Shown here piece after piece: positions 11,383 through 21,354 of a DNA stretch of 64,000 nucleotides. The stretch's first letter is position 1, and the number at the start of each line of letters is the position of its first letter. The DNA lies in the IMG/VR virus record IMGVR_UViG_3300021255_000054. One strand, 5' to 3'. The translations under genes and the position numbers were made by a program. This stretch comes from a virus. Its lineage: Duplodnaviria > Caudoviricetes. The notes under the pieces are model-generated. The model saw nothing but the letters and a program-made list of their open reading frames with translations. It made no database searches and had not been told where the DNA came from.

Positions 11383-11631
11383 ATGATGACCAAATGGATT
11401 TCCGTCAACGTTAGCAACTTTGCTAATGATCCGGCCTGCAATAGCGGAACGATTTTCTATGAGGATAGCACAACCGGATTGAAGCTGCATTTGCATGTAT
11501 CACAGGAAGAAGGAAAAGAAGTATTAAAGCAAGCTGAAAAGTTGCTCAACAAGCGAGCGGAATTCAATGTCAATCAGTTTAATCCTTCCATAACTTATTA
11601 TGAAATCAATGGATTTATTGACTGGGATTAA
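11383..11631 (+). CDS. Hypothetical protein (array unit)
   Basis: AAGGAG SD, promoter and terminator. Confidence 0.7.
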   Translation: MMTKWISVNVSNFANDPACNSGTIFYEDSTTGLKLHLHVSQEEGKEVLKQAEKLLNKRAEFNVNQFNPSITYYEINGFIDWD

Positions 11632-11733
11632 TCCCAGTCTTATTATTTTAGATGTTAAACATCTAATTTATAAGACTTGCGAGACTCTAAAAGGTATGAT
11701 ATAATTAGGTATCAAATGAAGGAGGGATTCGCA

Positions 11734-11898
11734 ATGACTCAAGTTTATCTCGTTTGGTACACTCCAACTAATCAGACTATTGAAGCACTTTGGGGCGTAT
11801 ATGCAAATCGTAAAAATGCAGAACGAACCGCAGATTTTATTTTACTTAACCATTACGGCACAAATATTAAAATCAATGAAGAAGAAATAATGGACTAA
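11734..11898 (+). CDS. Small hypothetical protein (array unit)
   Basis: AAGGAGG SD; MTQVYLVW... Confidence 0.7.
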   Translation: MTQVYLVWYTPTNQTIEALWGVYANRKNAERTADFILLNHYGTNIKINEEEIMD

Positions 11899-12037
11899 AA
11901 TGAATTGCCCGAAACCGGGCAATTTCATTTTGAATATTTAGATGTTAAACATCTAACTTTATCTCTTGCAATATTCCCGAAAGTATGCTATTATATACTT
12001 GTCCGAAGGGACGAAAGAAAGAAAGGGGATTTGAAAC

Positions 12038-12205
12038 ATGATCGAGTATTATTGGATGCACAAAGAGGACGGTTACATCATTCCCGAAAGTCGGCTTGAA
12101 GATGATTGCTATCTCAACGGCTATGATGATGTGATTGACCCGTGTTCGGTTGAGTACGGCAATTTCAATCTCTATTATGAAAAGACCACCTTGCGCGTAA
12201 AGTAA
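12038..12205 (+). CDS. Small acidic hypothetical protein (not in ORF track)
   Basis: AAAGGGG SD; MIEYYWMHKEDG...RVK-TAA, followed by a terminator hairpin. Confidence 0.65.
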   Translation: MIEYYWMHKEDGYIIPESRLEDDCYLNGYDDVIDPCSVEYGNFNLYYEKTTLRVK

Positions 12206-12335
12206 AACGCGCGCATCCCGAAAGGGATGCATAAAAGTTAGATGTTAAACATCTAAATTTCCCTATTGACTTTCCTATATAAAGTGATATAATGATATTG
12301 TCCTCAGAGAGAGGATAAGAAAGGAGATTAGCATT

Positions 12336-12572
12336 ATGTGGTTGTTCTATTGTGACAATAGCGGATGGATTCCTATGGGGAACGATGGACAGATGAAAGT
12401 CCCGGCCCGCATCAGCACGCGCAAGCTGCACCAGCTGGCGGAAGCATTGCTCAGCGGACGAGCTGGAAGAATTTACCTTATGACAAGCTGGACCCAGCAG
12501 ATGTCCGAGCTTGGTCCGCGCGCTTTTGAAGAATATATCCAGCGCAATGGAAAAGTAGTGGTTCATTCGTGA
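12336..12572 (+). CDS. Hypothetical protein (array unit)
   Basis: AAGGAG SD; intact ORF. Confidence 0.75.
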   Translation: MWLFYCDNSGWIPMGNDGQMKVPARISTRKLHQLAEALLSGRAGRIYLMTSWTQQMSELGPRAFEEYIQRNGKVVVHS

Positions 12573-12689
12573 ACCACTATTTCATTTTAAAATATTTAGA
12601 TGTTAAACATCTAAAATAATATGTTGACATTTTCCCGATACTATGCTATTATATAATTGTCCAAAGGGACAGAAAGGATGGTAACTCAA

Positions 12690-12875
12690 ATGGATACTCG
12701 TTATATGATGACTACTACCTATACTGATTTCTCCACCAAATGTGAACGCAGTGATGATTTTTATACACTTATGCGAGCTGCATCTATTTACTGGGAAGAC
12801 CCAAGCTGCGTATATATTCATATTTGGGATAATGCGCTGGAAAAAGATATATTCTCATATGAACAGCCCTGTTAA
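12690..12875 (+). CDS. Small hypothetical protein (array unit)
   Basis: GAAAGG SD; intact ORF. Confidence 0.65.
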   Translation: MDTRYMMTTTYTDFSTKCERSDDFYTLMRAASIYWEDPSCVYIHIWDNALEKDIFSYEQPC

Positions 12876-12950
12876 GGGCTTTATTATTTTAGATGTTAAA
12901 CATCTAAATTCATCTCTTGACTTCTCTTATAATATATGATATTATACTAC

Positions 12951-13120
12951 TGTCGAAAGGGGGAAGGGAAGATGATTCCACCGGGTTAGTAGTCCCAAGG
13001 TCACGGGTTGGTACCGGACTGGCGGGATTATATGACGCAACCAACTGCCGCTAACTTGCCGTGGCGAAGCAAGCTGGTGAAATTGAGCCAATTGGCGGAT
13101 TGATCACCCGCCAATTCTTT
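12951..13120 (+). ncRNA. Putative structured small RNA occupying a whole array unit
   Basis: Palindrome and promoter, then a GC-rich segment with hairpins and terminator AATTGGCGG/CCGCCAATT-TTTT; no standard-code ORF. Confidence 0.55.
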
Positions 13121-13236
13121 TATGTAAATAATTAGATGTTAAACATCTAAAACTAACCCTTGACTTCTTCTCTTCTTTATGATATCATATAATTGTTCCA
13201 AGGGGAACGAAATAAATATGAGAGAAGGACACGAAC

Positions 13237-13476
13237 ATGACAATGACGATTGAAAAGAAACTCCGGGACTTCAACTTCTGGGGCGGTGCCGCTACCAACG
13301 CCGCGAAACTGACTCCTGAAGAGCTGGACACACTGGAATATCAGCTGGAAGAAATGATTGGCATTGACGAACCTTGGAGCACCACGGAGGTTAATGACTG
13401 GATGTGGTTCGACTTTGAAAGTATCTGCAACGAGTGGCTTAGAATTGATTATGAAGAAGTAATGGCGAGGACATAA
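13237..13476 (+). CDS. Acidic hypothetical protein (array unit)
   Basis: Intact ORF, SD, terminator. Confidence 0.75.
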   Translation: MTMTIEKKLRDFNFWGGAATNAAKLTPEELDTLEYQLEEMIGIDEPWSTTEVNDWMWFDFESICNEWLRIDYEEVMART

Positions 13477-13598
13477 TCCTCGCCTTTATTTCATTATAGA
13501 ATTTTAGATGTTAAACATCTAATTTTATAGTTTGACATTCTCCTTAAACTATGCTATTATATACTTGTTCCAAGGGGAACAGAAAGGAAGTATGAGAT

Positions 13599-13820
13599 AT
13601 GCTTAAAGTCACAAAGACATATGCGCGCACATTGTACGATATGGGAAAGCCCGTAATGATTATTCCGAATAAGATGCGCACTGATTCTTTTATGGCGTGC
13701 TGGCAAATAAAGCCGTTTAATGATCCAAACGCCAGCTTTGATAAGCTGGTAAATGCGATTAGCTATTATAATTGTTCTCCCGAAACTGGTTTGGGACTTG
13801 CATATTATACACAGGAATAA
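13599..13820 (+). CDS. Hypothetical protein (array unit)
   Basis: Intact ORF; YYNC..ETG motif. Confidence 0.75.
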   Translation: MLKVTKTYARTLYDMGKPVMIIPNKMRTDSFMACWQIKPFNDPNASFDKLVNAISYYNCSPETGLGLAYYTQE

Positions 13821-13942
13821 GGGCCTCGCCCTTATTTCATTTTAAAAAAGTTAGATGTTAAACATCTAATTTATATGATTGACTATTTCCTAATACTATG
13901 TTATAGTGTACTTGTCCAAAGGACAGAAAGGAAGTAAGAGCA

Positions 13943-14413
13943 ATGACAGATGAAGTTATCAAGGCTATGCAAGGCGACAAGAAGAAACACAAGGCGCGCA
14001 AATGGTGGCACAAGAACGGTTACAAGGTCATGCGCGTGATCCTGTTCCCGATCTGGATTGGTAGTATCCTGCTTGAAAAAGGGCGCAAATGGCTCAACAA
14101 TCAGCAGGAATGGAGCGAAGAACGCGCCACCGAAATTCTCAACTACTACATCCCGCGCGCGTCTAAATGGGATGATAAAGACAAGTGTCTTTACTTCTTC
14201 GACAATGGTATGGGCTGGAATTACAAACTTGCAAAGCGGTATCTCAAAAGGAAAGACCGCCGTTTCTGGAAAGTGCATTGCACTTGGTGGGGCGGCAAAA
14301 TGCGTACCCTGTTGATGGAAAAATTCGAGCTTGAAGGATTCACAAAAGAGCTTGGCAACTGTTCCGAAGGTTGGACAGAAATTTCTTTCGTACTGAATGA
14401 GAAAAAAGGTTAA
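13943..14413 (+). CDS. Trp/Lys-rich hypothetical protein with one hydrophobic segment
   Basis: Intact ORF, SD. Confidence 0.75.
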   Translation: MTDEVIKAMQGDKKKHKARKWWHKNGYKVMRVILFPIWIGSILLEKGRKWLNNQQEWSEERATEILNYYIPRASKWDDKDKCLYFFDNGMGWNYKLAKRYLKRKDRRFWKVHCTWWGGKMRTLLMEKFELEGFTKELGNCSEGWTEISFVLNEKKG

Positions 14414-14567
14414 CAAACCCTTTTTCTGTGGATGATAATTGTTAAGGCGCGCGGGCGCCTTTCTATTTTAGATGTTAAACATCTAACTTTTACCATTGAC
14501 TTTCTTATATAGGTATGATATATTATACTTGTTCCAAGAGAGAAGGAACAGAAAGGAAGTATGCAGT

Positions 14568-14822
14568 ATGACTAGAGTTGGGCCGTATCTGTGGGAAATT
14601 GATGTACAGGATATGAAACTTGAAGAACTTGACGCTCTACAGTCAATCGTCAATGATACGATCAAACAGCGCAGAATGGAACAGTGCTATGAAAAGAAAC
14701 TGCATGACCTGATTGATGAAGCCAAATCCAAGGGCGTATGCTTTAACTATAATGGTCTTTGCACTTGGATTTGTCTTACTGAAACACAGGACAAGATTTA
14801 CGCTTCTCCTGACGGGGATTAA
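14568..14822 (+). CDS. Hypothetical protein (array unit)
   Basis: AAAGGAAG SD; intact ORF. Confidence 0.65.
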   Translation: MTRVGPYLWEIDVQDMKLEELDALQSIVNDTIKQRRMEQCYEKKLHDLIDEAKSKGVCFNYNGLCTWICLTETQDKIYASPDGD

Positions 14823-14940
14823 TATCCCCAATTTTATTTTATTTTAAAATAAATTAGATGTTAAACATCTAACTTTCTCTGTTGACTTTCCTGTTACTAT
14901 ATGATATACTTACATCATCAAAGAAAGGGAGGCCACCACG

Positions 14941-15246
14941 ATGGAAATGACTTATCACGTAAAGGTTCAGAGGGCAAACCGGGTACAGCATATCATTAAT
15001 GATATCGGTATGGGCCAGATTGTTAAGGAGAAGTTTGTAAACAACTGCTACACCTGTATTACTGATACTGGCATTACCATTATCAAGTCAGCTGACAAGC
15101 TGAAGATTGTAACTATGTATGTTACAACCTACAGAGAGCTGGTAAAGGTTTATGAAGGAACCAAGCGGATTCCTCCGTACCTGAAGAAGCGGGTTGACCG
15201 CAATCAGTCTAAATATACTAATGATGGGAAAACAATTTGGAGGTAA
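14941..15246 (+). CDS. Hypothetical protein (array unit)
   Basis: GGGAGG SD; intact ORF. Confidence 0.75.
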   Translation: MEMTYHVKVQRANRVQHIINDIGMGQIVKEKFVNNCYTCITDTGITIIKSADKLKIVTMYVTTYRELVKVYEGTKRIPPYLKKRVDRNQSKYTNDGKTIWR

Positions 15247-15252
15247 GCTGAA

Positions 15253-15585
15253 ATGAAGATCGCAGTTACTCAATGGTATGAATTGACGGATGAACAGGTA
15301 CAAGAGTTAATTAATAATATGTATGAAGACTTAGACTCTGTACCAGCTATGAATTATGTTGAAGAAAGGTTAATGGATTATTGCGCTTCTATGTTCGCAG
15401 ATACTTTTGAAGTTACTAACAGCGATGATGAAGTTGAAGAAATCTACAATGAAGTTAAACGCAGGATTGAAAGCGACGTTAAATTACAGTTAAAGCGTAA
15501 AATTGCAGAACTTGAAAAAGAAATTGCTAAGAGTAGAGAAGAATTGAAAACCGCGCGGGAAAAACTTTTGAGAATGGACGAGTAA
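15253..15585 (+). CDS. Coiled-coil hypothetical protein
   Basis: GGAGGT SD; co-transcribed with the previous gene. Confidence 0.75.
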   Translation: MKIAVTQWYELTDEQVQELINNMYEDLDSVPAMNYVEERLMDYCASMFADTFEVTNSDDEVEEIYNEVKRRIESDVKLQLKRKIAELEKEIAKSREELKTAREKLLRMDE

Positions 15586-15679
15586 TCGTCCATTATTATA
15601 TTAGATGTTAAACATCTAATTCTAATATTTGACTTAATTTCATTTTTATGATATTATATCTATGCAAGGAGGGGATAAG

Positions 15680-16368
15680 ATGAGTAAGAAACAGAAACCC
15701 ACCCCTAAAACTTGGGTTGAAGTATTTCAAGGAGAACGGAAGGAGTTTCCACAGGGATATTGCGTCACTCGTATTATCCCAGACAAGCGCAAGAAAGCAC
15801 CAAAACATAAGGAAAGGGAGTTTGATGACTGATGCCTTGGTGGTGGGATGTTCGTAATGTAATCAATAATAAGTTGATTCGCTTTCTGTTAAATCGTTGT
15901 GTGATTGATAGTTGCACCCTTCGTAAAATTGTTTATAAAGTATCTAATTATGAATTACAGCCAATTATGGACGAGAAGGAAAAGGAGTTTGACGAATGAA
16001 ATATAAATGGGTTATCATGCAGGAACTTGAGGATAGTGGTTGCGCGAATCCTTATTTGATTGTAGATACCGAAAAGCGCGCCGAAGAACTATGCTATAAG
16101 TTAGAATCCGAAAACCCGGGCTTTATCTTCTGGTCTTATATGTGTAAGGAGGAATAATATGAATATTGTTACTCGTACCTATTACATCCCCCGTAACCAG
16201 ATTGGGCGCTATGTAATGAATTATATTGTTGAAAAGGTTGGTTGCTCTGTCGGTGAATTTAAGTTGAATCGTCAGGCCGAAACTATTCGTTTCTCTATCA
16301 CTTGCAAAATTAACGATGTACCTACCGTTGAAAAGATTTTGCGGCTTTATGATATGTTAGGGGAGTAA
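15680..16368 (+). CDS. Four translationally coupled small genes (15680-15832, 15832-15999, 15996-16157, 16159-16368)
   Basis: TGATG/ATGA overlaps, each with an SD, inside one palindrome-bounded unit. Confidence 0.65.
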
Positions 16369-16445
16369 TTTCCCCTTCAAATAATTAGATGTTAAACATC
16401 TAAAACAAAGCGTTGACTTTTCCCGAAATTTGAGTATAATAATAA

Positions 16446-16525
16446 TTGTTCCGAGGGACGGAAGGCGATGGAACACCGTGGCAAGTGCCGGCTTACCCAC
16501 AACTTGCGCACCGCCCCTCGAACAA
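16446..16525 (+). ncRNA. Putative ~80-nt hairpin RNA between tandem promoters
   Basis: TTGTTC(C)GAGGG pairs with CCCTCGAACAA leaving a bulged C; inner GCAAGT/ACTTGC stem. Confidence 0.55.
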
Positions 16526-16654
16526 AAAATTTTCAGACTAATACTTGACTTTCAAGTAGAAATCTGATATAATGAAGATGTTCCAAGGGAACAAAAATAA
16601 AATTGTGCAGGGCGGTCTGCCGTAAACTAAACCGCAGAGAAAAAGGAGTAAATT

Positions 16655-17146
16655 ATGAAGACTGCTGAAATTATTTCTAAGATCATGGAAATCCCCGGTG
16701 CTACTATGGGTCGTGCGAACAAGACCAACTTTATCGTTGTTCCTACTGAGGACGGTTACAGCAAGGTTAGCGTGACTGCCGCTCTGGCTAAGGACACCAA
16801 GAACCACAGCGCTTTCAATTATGAAGCCGCTGTTGCCGAGTACAAGGCTTGGGAAGCCGAAGCCGCTCTCCGCGCCGCTGAACGTGCTAACAAGCCCGTT
16901 AAGGTCAAGGGCCCCAACCCCGAAGCCGAAGCTCGCCGTCAGGCTCTTGATGCCGCCATCACCGCTCTTCCTTCCTTCACGAATGCTACTGCGACCGATG
17001 TGTTTAATATGTTTGCCGAGGGTGAACAGCCCAAGACCGTTATGCTTGTCGGTTCTGCTCTTAAGCGTCTTGTCGAAGCGGGCGTTGTAGTTGCTACCAA
17101 GTCCGAGGACGCCAAGGACAAGAAGACCTATTACACTAAGGCGTAA
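16655..17146 (+). CDS. Protein with C-terminal winged-helix domain
   Basis: ...VGSALKRLVEAGVVVATKSEDAKDKKTYYTKA; strong codon bias. Confidence 0.7.
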   Translation: MKTAEIISKIMEIPGATMGRANKTNFIVVPTEDGYSKVSVTAALAKDTKNHSAFNYEAAVAEYKAWEAEAALRAAERANKPVKVKGPNPEAEARRQALDAAITALPSFTNATATDVFNMFAEGEQPKTVMLVGSALKRLVEAGVVVATKSEDAKDKKTYYTKA

Positions 17147-17297
17147 TTCCCAGCCCCTAACGGGGCTTTTCTTTTTGGGATTCTTTTTAGATGTTAAACA
17201 TCTAACTTATTGTATTGCAATTTCATTTTAAATATGATATTATACTTATGTAAACGAAAGGAGAAGGATACTCCCTAAAACCAGAAAGGAAAATGTT

Positions 17298-17585
17298 ATG
17301 AAGATTTGGACAGTTGAAGAATATATTGTTCTAGATGAGATTAGTTACTGCGTTAGTCAATTTTATGGTCATTGGGAATTTTCTACCAAAGAAAAAGCAA
17401 TTCAAGCAGTATATAATCATCTGCGCGAACTTAATATTGACGAAGAAGACATTAAAAATCATATTAAAGAATGGGATGAAGATGATGAACTACATCATAT
17501 GAGAACTAAATTTGATAACTATGATATGTATGATTGCCGTTATGATATTCGGATGATCGAACTTGATCAGAAAATCGAAATTTAA
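17298..17585 (+). CDS. Hypothetical protein (array unit)
   Basis: Intact ORF; resembles 24517..24759 (MKIW/MKIY...S..EKA). Confidence 0.7.
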   Translation: MKIWTVEEYIVLDEISYCVSQFYGHWEFSTKEKAIQAVYNHLRELNIDEEDIKNHIKEWDEDDELHHMRTKFDNYDMYDCRYDIRMIELDQKIEI

Positions 17586-17725
17586 GGGCTTTGCGCCCTT
17601 TTCATATTTAGATGTTAAACATCTAATTTCATTTTAAAATTGCCTATTGACTTTCCTATTACTCTATGATATACTTATTCCAGAAAGTGAAGGAAAACAC
17701 TTAGAAACCAGAAAGGGATTGACTG

Positions 17726-18172
17726 ATGACGATTTGGTTTGATATGGATGGAACTATTGCGAACCTGTACGGCGTTGACGGTTGGCTTGATATGCTTCGA
17801 GCTTATGACCCGAAGCCCTACGCAGAAGCTGAAGTTATGCTGAATATGAGTGTGCTTGCGCGATATCTGCATAAGGCACAGCGAGCTGGAATCTCTATCG
17901 GGATTATCAGCTGGCTCAGCCGCTCCTCTACCCCTGAATATGATGAAGCTGTTGAAGAAACTAAGCTGGGCTGGCTTGCTGAACATCTCCCCTCTGTAGA
18001 TTGGGATGAAATCAACATTGTCGATTATGGTACCGATAAGTCCATCTTTATGAATAGTGATGAAGATATTCTGTTCGATGATGAACCCAAGAACCGTGAA
18101 AACTGGGATGGACTCGCTTTCACTCCCGATGAGATTATGGAAGTCTTGAAGGGACTGACGAAAGGGCGGTAA
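17726..18172 (+). CDS. HAD-family 5'(3')-nucleotidase-like phosphatase
   Basis: Motif I WFDMDGT; motif IV ILFDD. Confidence 0.8.
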   Translation: MTIWFDMDGTIANLYGVDGWLDMLRAYDPKPYAEAEVMLNMSVLARYLHKAQRAGISIGIISWLSRSSTPEYDEAVEETKLGWLAEHLPSVDWDEINIVDYGTDKSIFMNSDEDILFDDEPKNRENWDGLAFTPDEIMEVLKGLTKGR

Positions 18173-18293
18173 GCCCTTTTTATTATAATTAGATGTTAAA
18201 CATCTAATTATATTCGTTGACAATTTTATTTCAATTTGATATACTACTTATGAAAGTTGAAGGAAAACAACTCAAACCGGAAAGGGTACTCGT

Positions 18294-19052
18294 ATGTATG
18301 TAATGATCTTTGATACTGAAACTACCGGACTGGACAAGCCTTTCTGTTATGATGTAGGCTATTTTATCGTCGATACTGATAGGCATTTTACTGCAGAACA
18401 GCGGCATTTCGTTATTGAACAGGTTTGGCACAATCTGCCGCTTTTTGAATCTGCGTACTATAAAGACAAGCGTCCGCAGTATGTCCAGCTTATGCGCAAA
18501 CGTCTTGCCATTATGGACAAATGGGGTTACGTTATGCAACAGATTAAGCGCGATCTGCGTAAGTATAATGTAACTGACGCTTATGCTTACAATTCTGATT
18601 TTGATGACAAAGTGTTCGCTTTCAACTGTGATTGGTTTAAATGCAATAATCCTCTTGAAGATATCGCAATTCACGATATTTGGGGCTATGCCAGTCAGTA
18701 TATCACAAATACTCCCGAATATAGGGCTTTCTGTGAAACACATAGTTTCTTTACTGATACGGGTAACTACAAGGCCAGTGCAGAAATTGTCTATCGGTAT
18801 CTTTCCGGTGTAGTGGATTTTGAAGAAAAGCATATGGGGCTTTATGACGTAGGGATTGAAGCGTTTATTCTTGATGAATGTATTCAACTTGGAGCAGAAT
18901 GGAATCTTGACTATAAGGTCAACCGCATTCTCCCCAGACAGATTGAAAAACCTTTTCAGATTTTCGTAGACGGCGAATGTATTGTATCGGACAATTATAT
19001 TAAGAAATATGTTCGTAACGATGTATACAAATTCACTACGGCCCAGTCCTAA
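18294..19052 (+). CDS. DEDDh 3'-5' exonuclease
   Basis: FDTETTG, AYNSDFD, HMGLYD. Confidence 0.85.
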   Translation: MYVMIFDTETTGLDKPFCYDVGYFIVDTDRHFTAEQRHFVIEQVWHNLPLFESAYYKDKRPQYVQLMRKRLAIMDKWGYVMQQIKRDLRKYNVTDAYAYNSDFDDKVFAFNCDWFKCNNPLEDIAIHDIWGYASQYITNTPEYRAFCETHSFFTDTGNYKASAEIVYRYLSGVVDFEEKHMGLYDVGIEAFILDECIQLGAEWNLDYKVNRILPRQIEKPFQIFVDGECIVSDNYIKKYVRNDVYKFTTAQS

Positions 19053-19131
19053 AACTGGGCCTTTCTTTCTTAGATGTTAAACATCTAAAACAAGTAATTG
19101 ACTTTTCCTAAAATTGTGATATACTTATAAC

Positions 19132-19232
19132 TGTCAAGAGGAGATGCGAGGTAGAGAAAATGAGAAGCGCGCCTCTGAGTTCGAGAGACAAGGGCAAAAG
19201 AAATTCAAAAGAATTTCAAAAAACCTCTTGAC
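19132..19232 (+). ncRNA. Putative leader/small RNA between tandem promoters
   Basis: TGTCAAGAGG at the first start site is the exact complement of CCTCTTGACA, which contains the -35 of the second promoter. Confidence 0.45.
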
Positions 19233-19307
19233 AACTTCCCAAACTTATGATATACTTAATACGAAAACAGGGGAAGGAAAACCCCACAAACCAGAAAGGA
19301 TACTATT

Positions 19308-19646
19308 ATGAAGAAGACTTCTATGGAAAGACTCGTTGGTTACATCAATGACAATGCCGTTACTGACCTGTTTGATATTCGTGATGAGATGACGGCCGAA
19401 CTCAAGAAGAACAAGGATAAGGCGGACGCTAACCGCGCCCTGTATGAGGAAGCGCACGATATCGTGATCGACGCTATCCCGACCGAAACTCCCGTCACCG
19501 TTGCCGAACTGTTTGAAGCGATTGAGTCCGAACTGCCGGAAGGCTTCACCAAGGCTAAGGTGAATTACGCTCTTACCCATTACTGGGAAGAGGATGTGAA
19601 TAAGATTCCCGGTAAGGTTAACTCCTATACCCGTAAGGTGAGCTAA
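19308..19646 (+). CDS. Coiled-coil plus winged-helix protein (paralog of 23523..23852)
   Basis: TVAELFEAIESELPEGFTKAKVNYALTHYW...GKVNSY. Confidence 0.75.
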   Translation: MKKTSMERLVGYINDNAVTDLFDIRDEMTAELKKNKDKADANRALYEEAHDIVIDAIPTETPVTVAELFEAIESELPEGFTKAKVNYALTHYWEEDVNKIPGKVNSYTRKVS

Positions 19647-19803
19647 TGCTCACCTTTTTCTTTTACAAGGAATTAGATGTTAAACATCTAAAATTGTATA
19701 CAGTATTCTTTTAAAAAAATGCTTGACAATTTTTCAAATTTATAGTATACTTATTCCAGAAACGGAGAAGGAAAACTCCACAAACCAGAGAGGAGCAATG
19801 CTT

Positions 19804-20214
19804 ATGAATAAGGCACAGCTTGAAACCGCTATTCGCAATGACTTTCTTGATTCTATTATGAAGTATATCTCTGAATCCCGTGAAACTGATGTGCTCCCTG
19901 TTAGCGCAAACGAACTTGCCGTTCCTTGTCTGGATGCTGAGGGCAACGAAAAGTGGGTTCTGATTAAGGTTTCTATTCCTCGTGGTAGCCGTAACGGCGA
20001 AGGCGGATACGAACCTTATGATGGTTATTCTGTCGCAGAAGATTACCAGTTTGACCTTGCTGATAAGGCAAAAAAGAAACGTGTAGCGGAAGAACAGAAA
20101 GCCAAGAAAATCGCGGCTGATGAAAAGAAGCGTGCGGAAAAGAAAGCGCTTGCCGAAGCGAATAAGAATCTGAAAGAACTCCGTAAGATTAAGGTTACTC
20201 CCGAAAGGGAGTAA
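19804..20214 (+). CDS. Hypothetical protein with Lys-rich coiled-coil tail
   Basis: Intact ORF; architecture similar to the next gene. Confidence 0.7.
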   Translation: MNKAQLETAIRNDFLDSIMKYISESRETDVLPVSANELAVPCLDAEGNEKWVLIKVSIPRGSRNGEGGYEPYDGYSVAEDYQFDLADKAKKKRVAEEQKAKKIAADEKKRAEKKALAEANKNLKELRKIKVTPERE

Positions 20215-20341
20215 CCCAATTTCATCCCGAGTTATTAGATGTTAAACATCTAATTATTCTATGTTGACATTTCCCAATATCTATGCTATACTATCCACGA
20301 AAGGTGAAGGAAAACACCAGAAAACCAGAAAGGAAATTGAA

Positions 20342-20722
20342 ATGCCTAAGATTTCTAAGACTGTTGTTGACAAGGCTCTGCGTGATGGTATTTTCTTTGA
20401 TATGTTCCAGAATGATTGTGGAATGTATGACTATGTAAAAATCAATGACCGCCAGTATGGCACTATCATTACCGATTTGAACGGCATTGAACGCTATGTG
20501 CGCATTGGCGCGATTGTCGCAGAAGAACGTGAGGATATGACTGCGCGCGAACTTATGCAGAAGGAAATTGATGAGTATAAGGCCAAGCAGGCGGAAAAGG
20601 CCGAAAAGGCTAAGAAGAAGGAAGAAAAGATTGCCAAGGATAAGGCCAAGCGCCAGAAGGAACAGGAACAGGAAGAAGAAGATGACCCTAACCAGTTTCT
20701 TCCTAATGAAGTGACGGTTTAA
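20342..20722 (+). CDS. Hypothetical protein with Lys/Glu coiled-coil tail
   Basis: AAAGGA SD; intact ORF. Confidence 0.7.
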   Translation: MPKISKTVVDKALRDGIFFDMFQNDCGMYDYVKINDRQYGTIITDLNGIERYVRIGAIVAEEREDMTARELMQKEIDEYKAKQAEKAEKAKKKEEKIAKDKAKRQKEQEQEEEDDPNQFLPNEVTV

Positions 20723-20740
20723 TAGAAAGGAATGATAATA

Positions 20741-21010
20741 ATGTTGAAAGTCACAACCTATCCTCACATTGAAGATTCTGAAATTGCTCGTCTGTGCGGT
20801 GAAGATGTAGCCGAACATATGTCTCTTCACTATGAAGCCAAAAATGGTACAAGTGAAAGCTTTTGTGTTCTGACAGAAGAAGAAATCAAAGAACTTGAAG
20901 AAGATGAAGATGATTGGTTTGATGAAAAATGGAAACTTGGCCTGACTAAAATGTTACTGGAAAATGGCTTCAAGCACGGCGATAGAGTATATATTGATTT
21001 CTTTTGGTAA
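20741..21010 (+). CDS. Acidic hypothetical protein
   Basis: Intact ORF. Confidence 0.65.
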   Translation: MLKVTTYPHIEDSEIARLCGEDVAEHMSLHYEAKNGTSESFCVLTEEEIKELEEDEDDWFDEKWKLGLTKMLLENGFKHGDRVYIDFFW

Positions 21011-21027
21011 GAGTGGAGGAAAAGAAA

Positions 21028-21219
21028 ATGCCTGATGAAAAATGCCCCAATTGCTTATCGGGAGAATATGATGTTGATAATTACTGGGATGATTTTGATG
21101 AAGACGGTGGTATCAGAGTATGGGAATGTATTTGTTCCTCCTGTCATAAAAAATTTGATATCACATATGAATATAAATGCATCAAAACAACAGTTGAAAT
21201 AGAGGTTAGCGCAAGCTAA
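21028..21219 (+). CDS. Small Zn-ribbon protein
   Basis: CPNC...CSSC. Confidence 0.65.
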   Translation: MPDEKCPNCLSGEYDVDNYWDDFDEDGGIRVWECICSSCHKKFDITYEYKCIKTTVEIEVSAS

Positions 21220-21354
21220 CCTCTTTCTTTATATATTAGATGTTAAACATCTAATTCTTTCCCTTGCAATTTCCCTATAACTATGGTATTATATCATTGT
21301 TCCAAGGGGAACACGAAAGAGGAAGGATACCTCACAAACCAGAAAGGTTACTAT

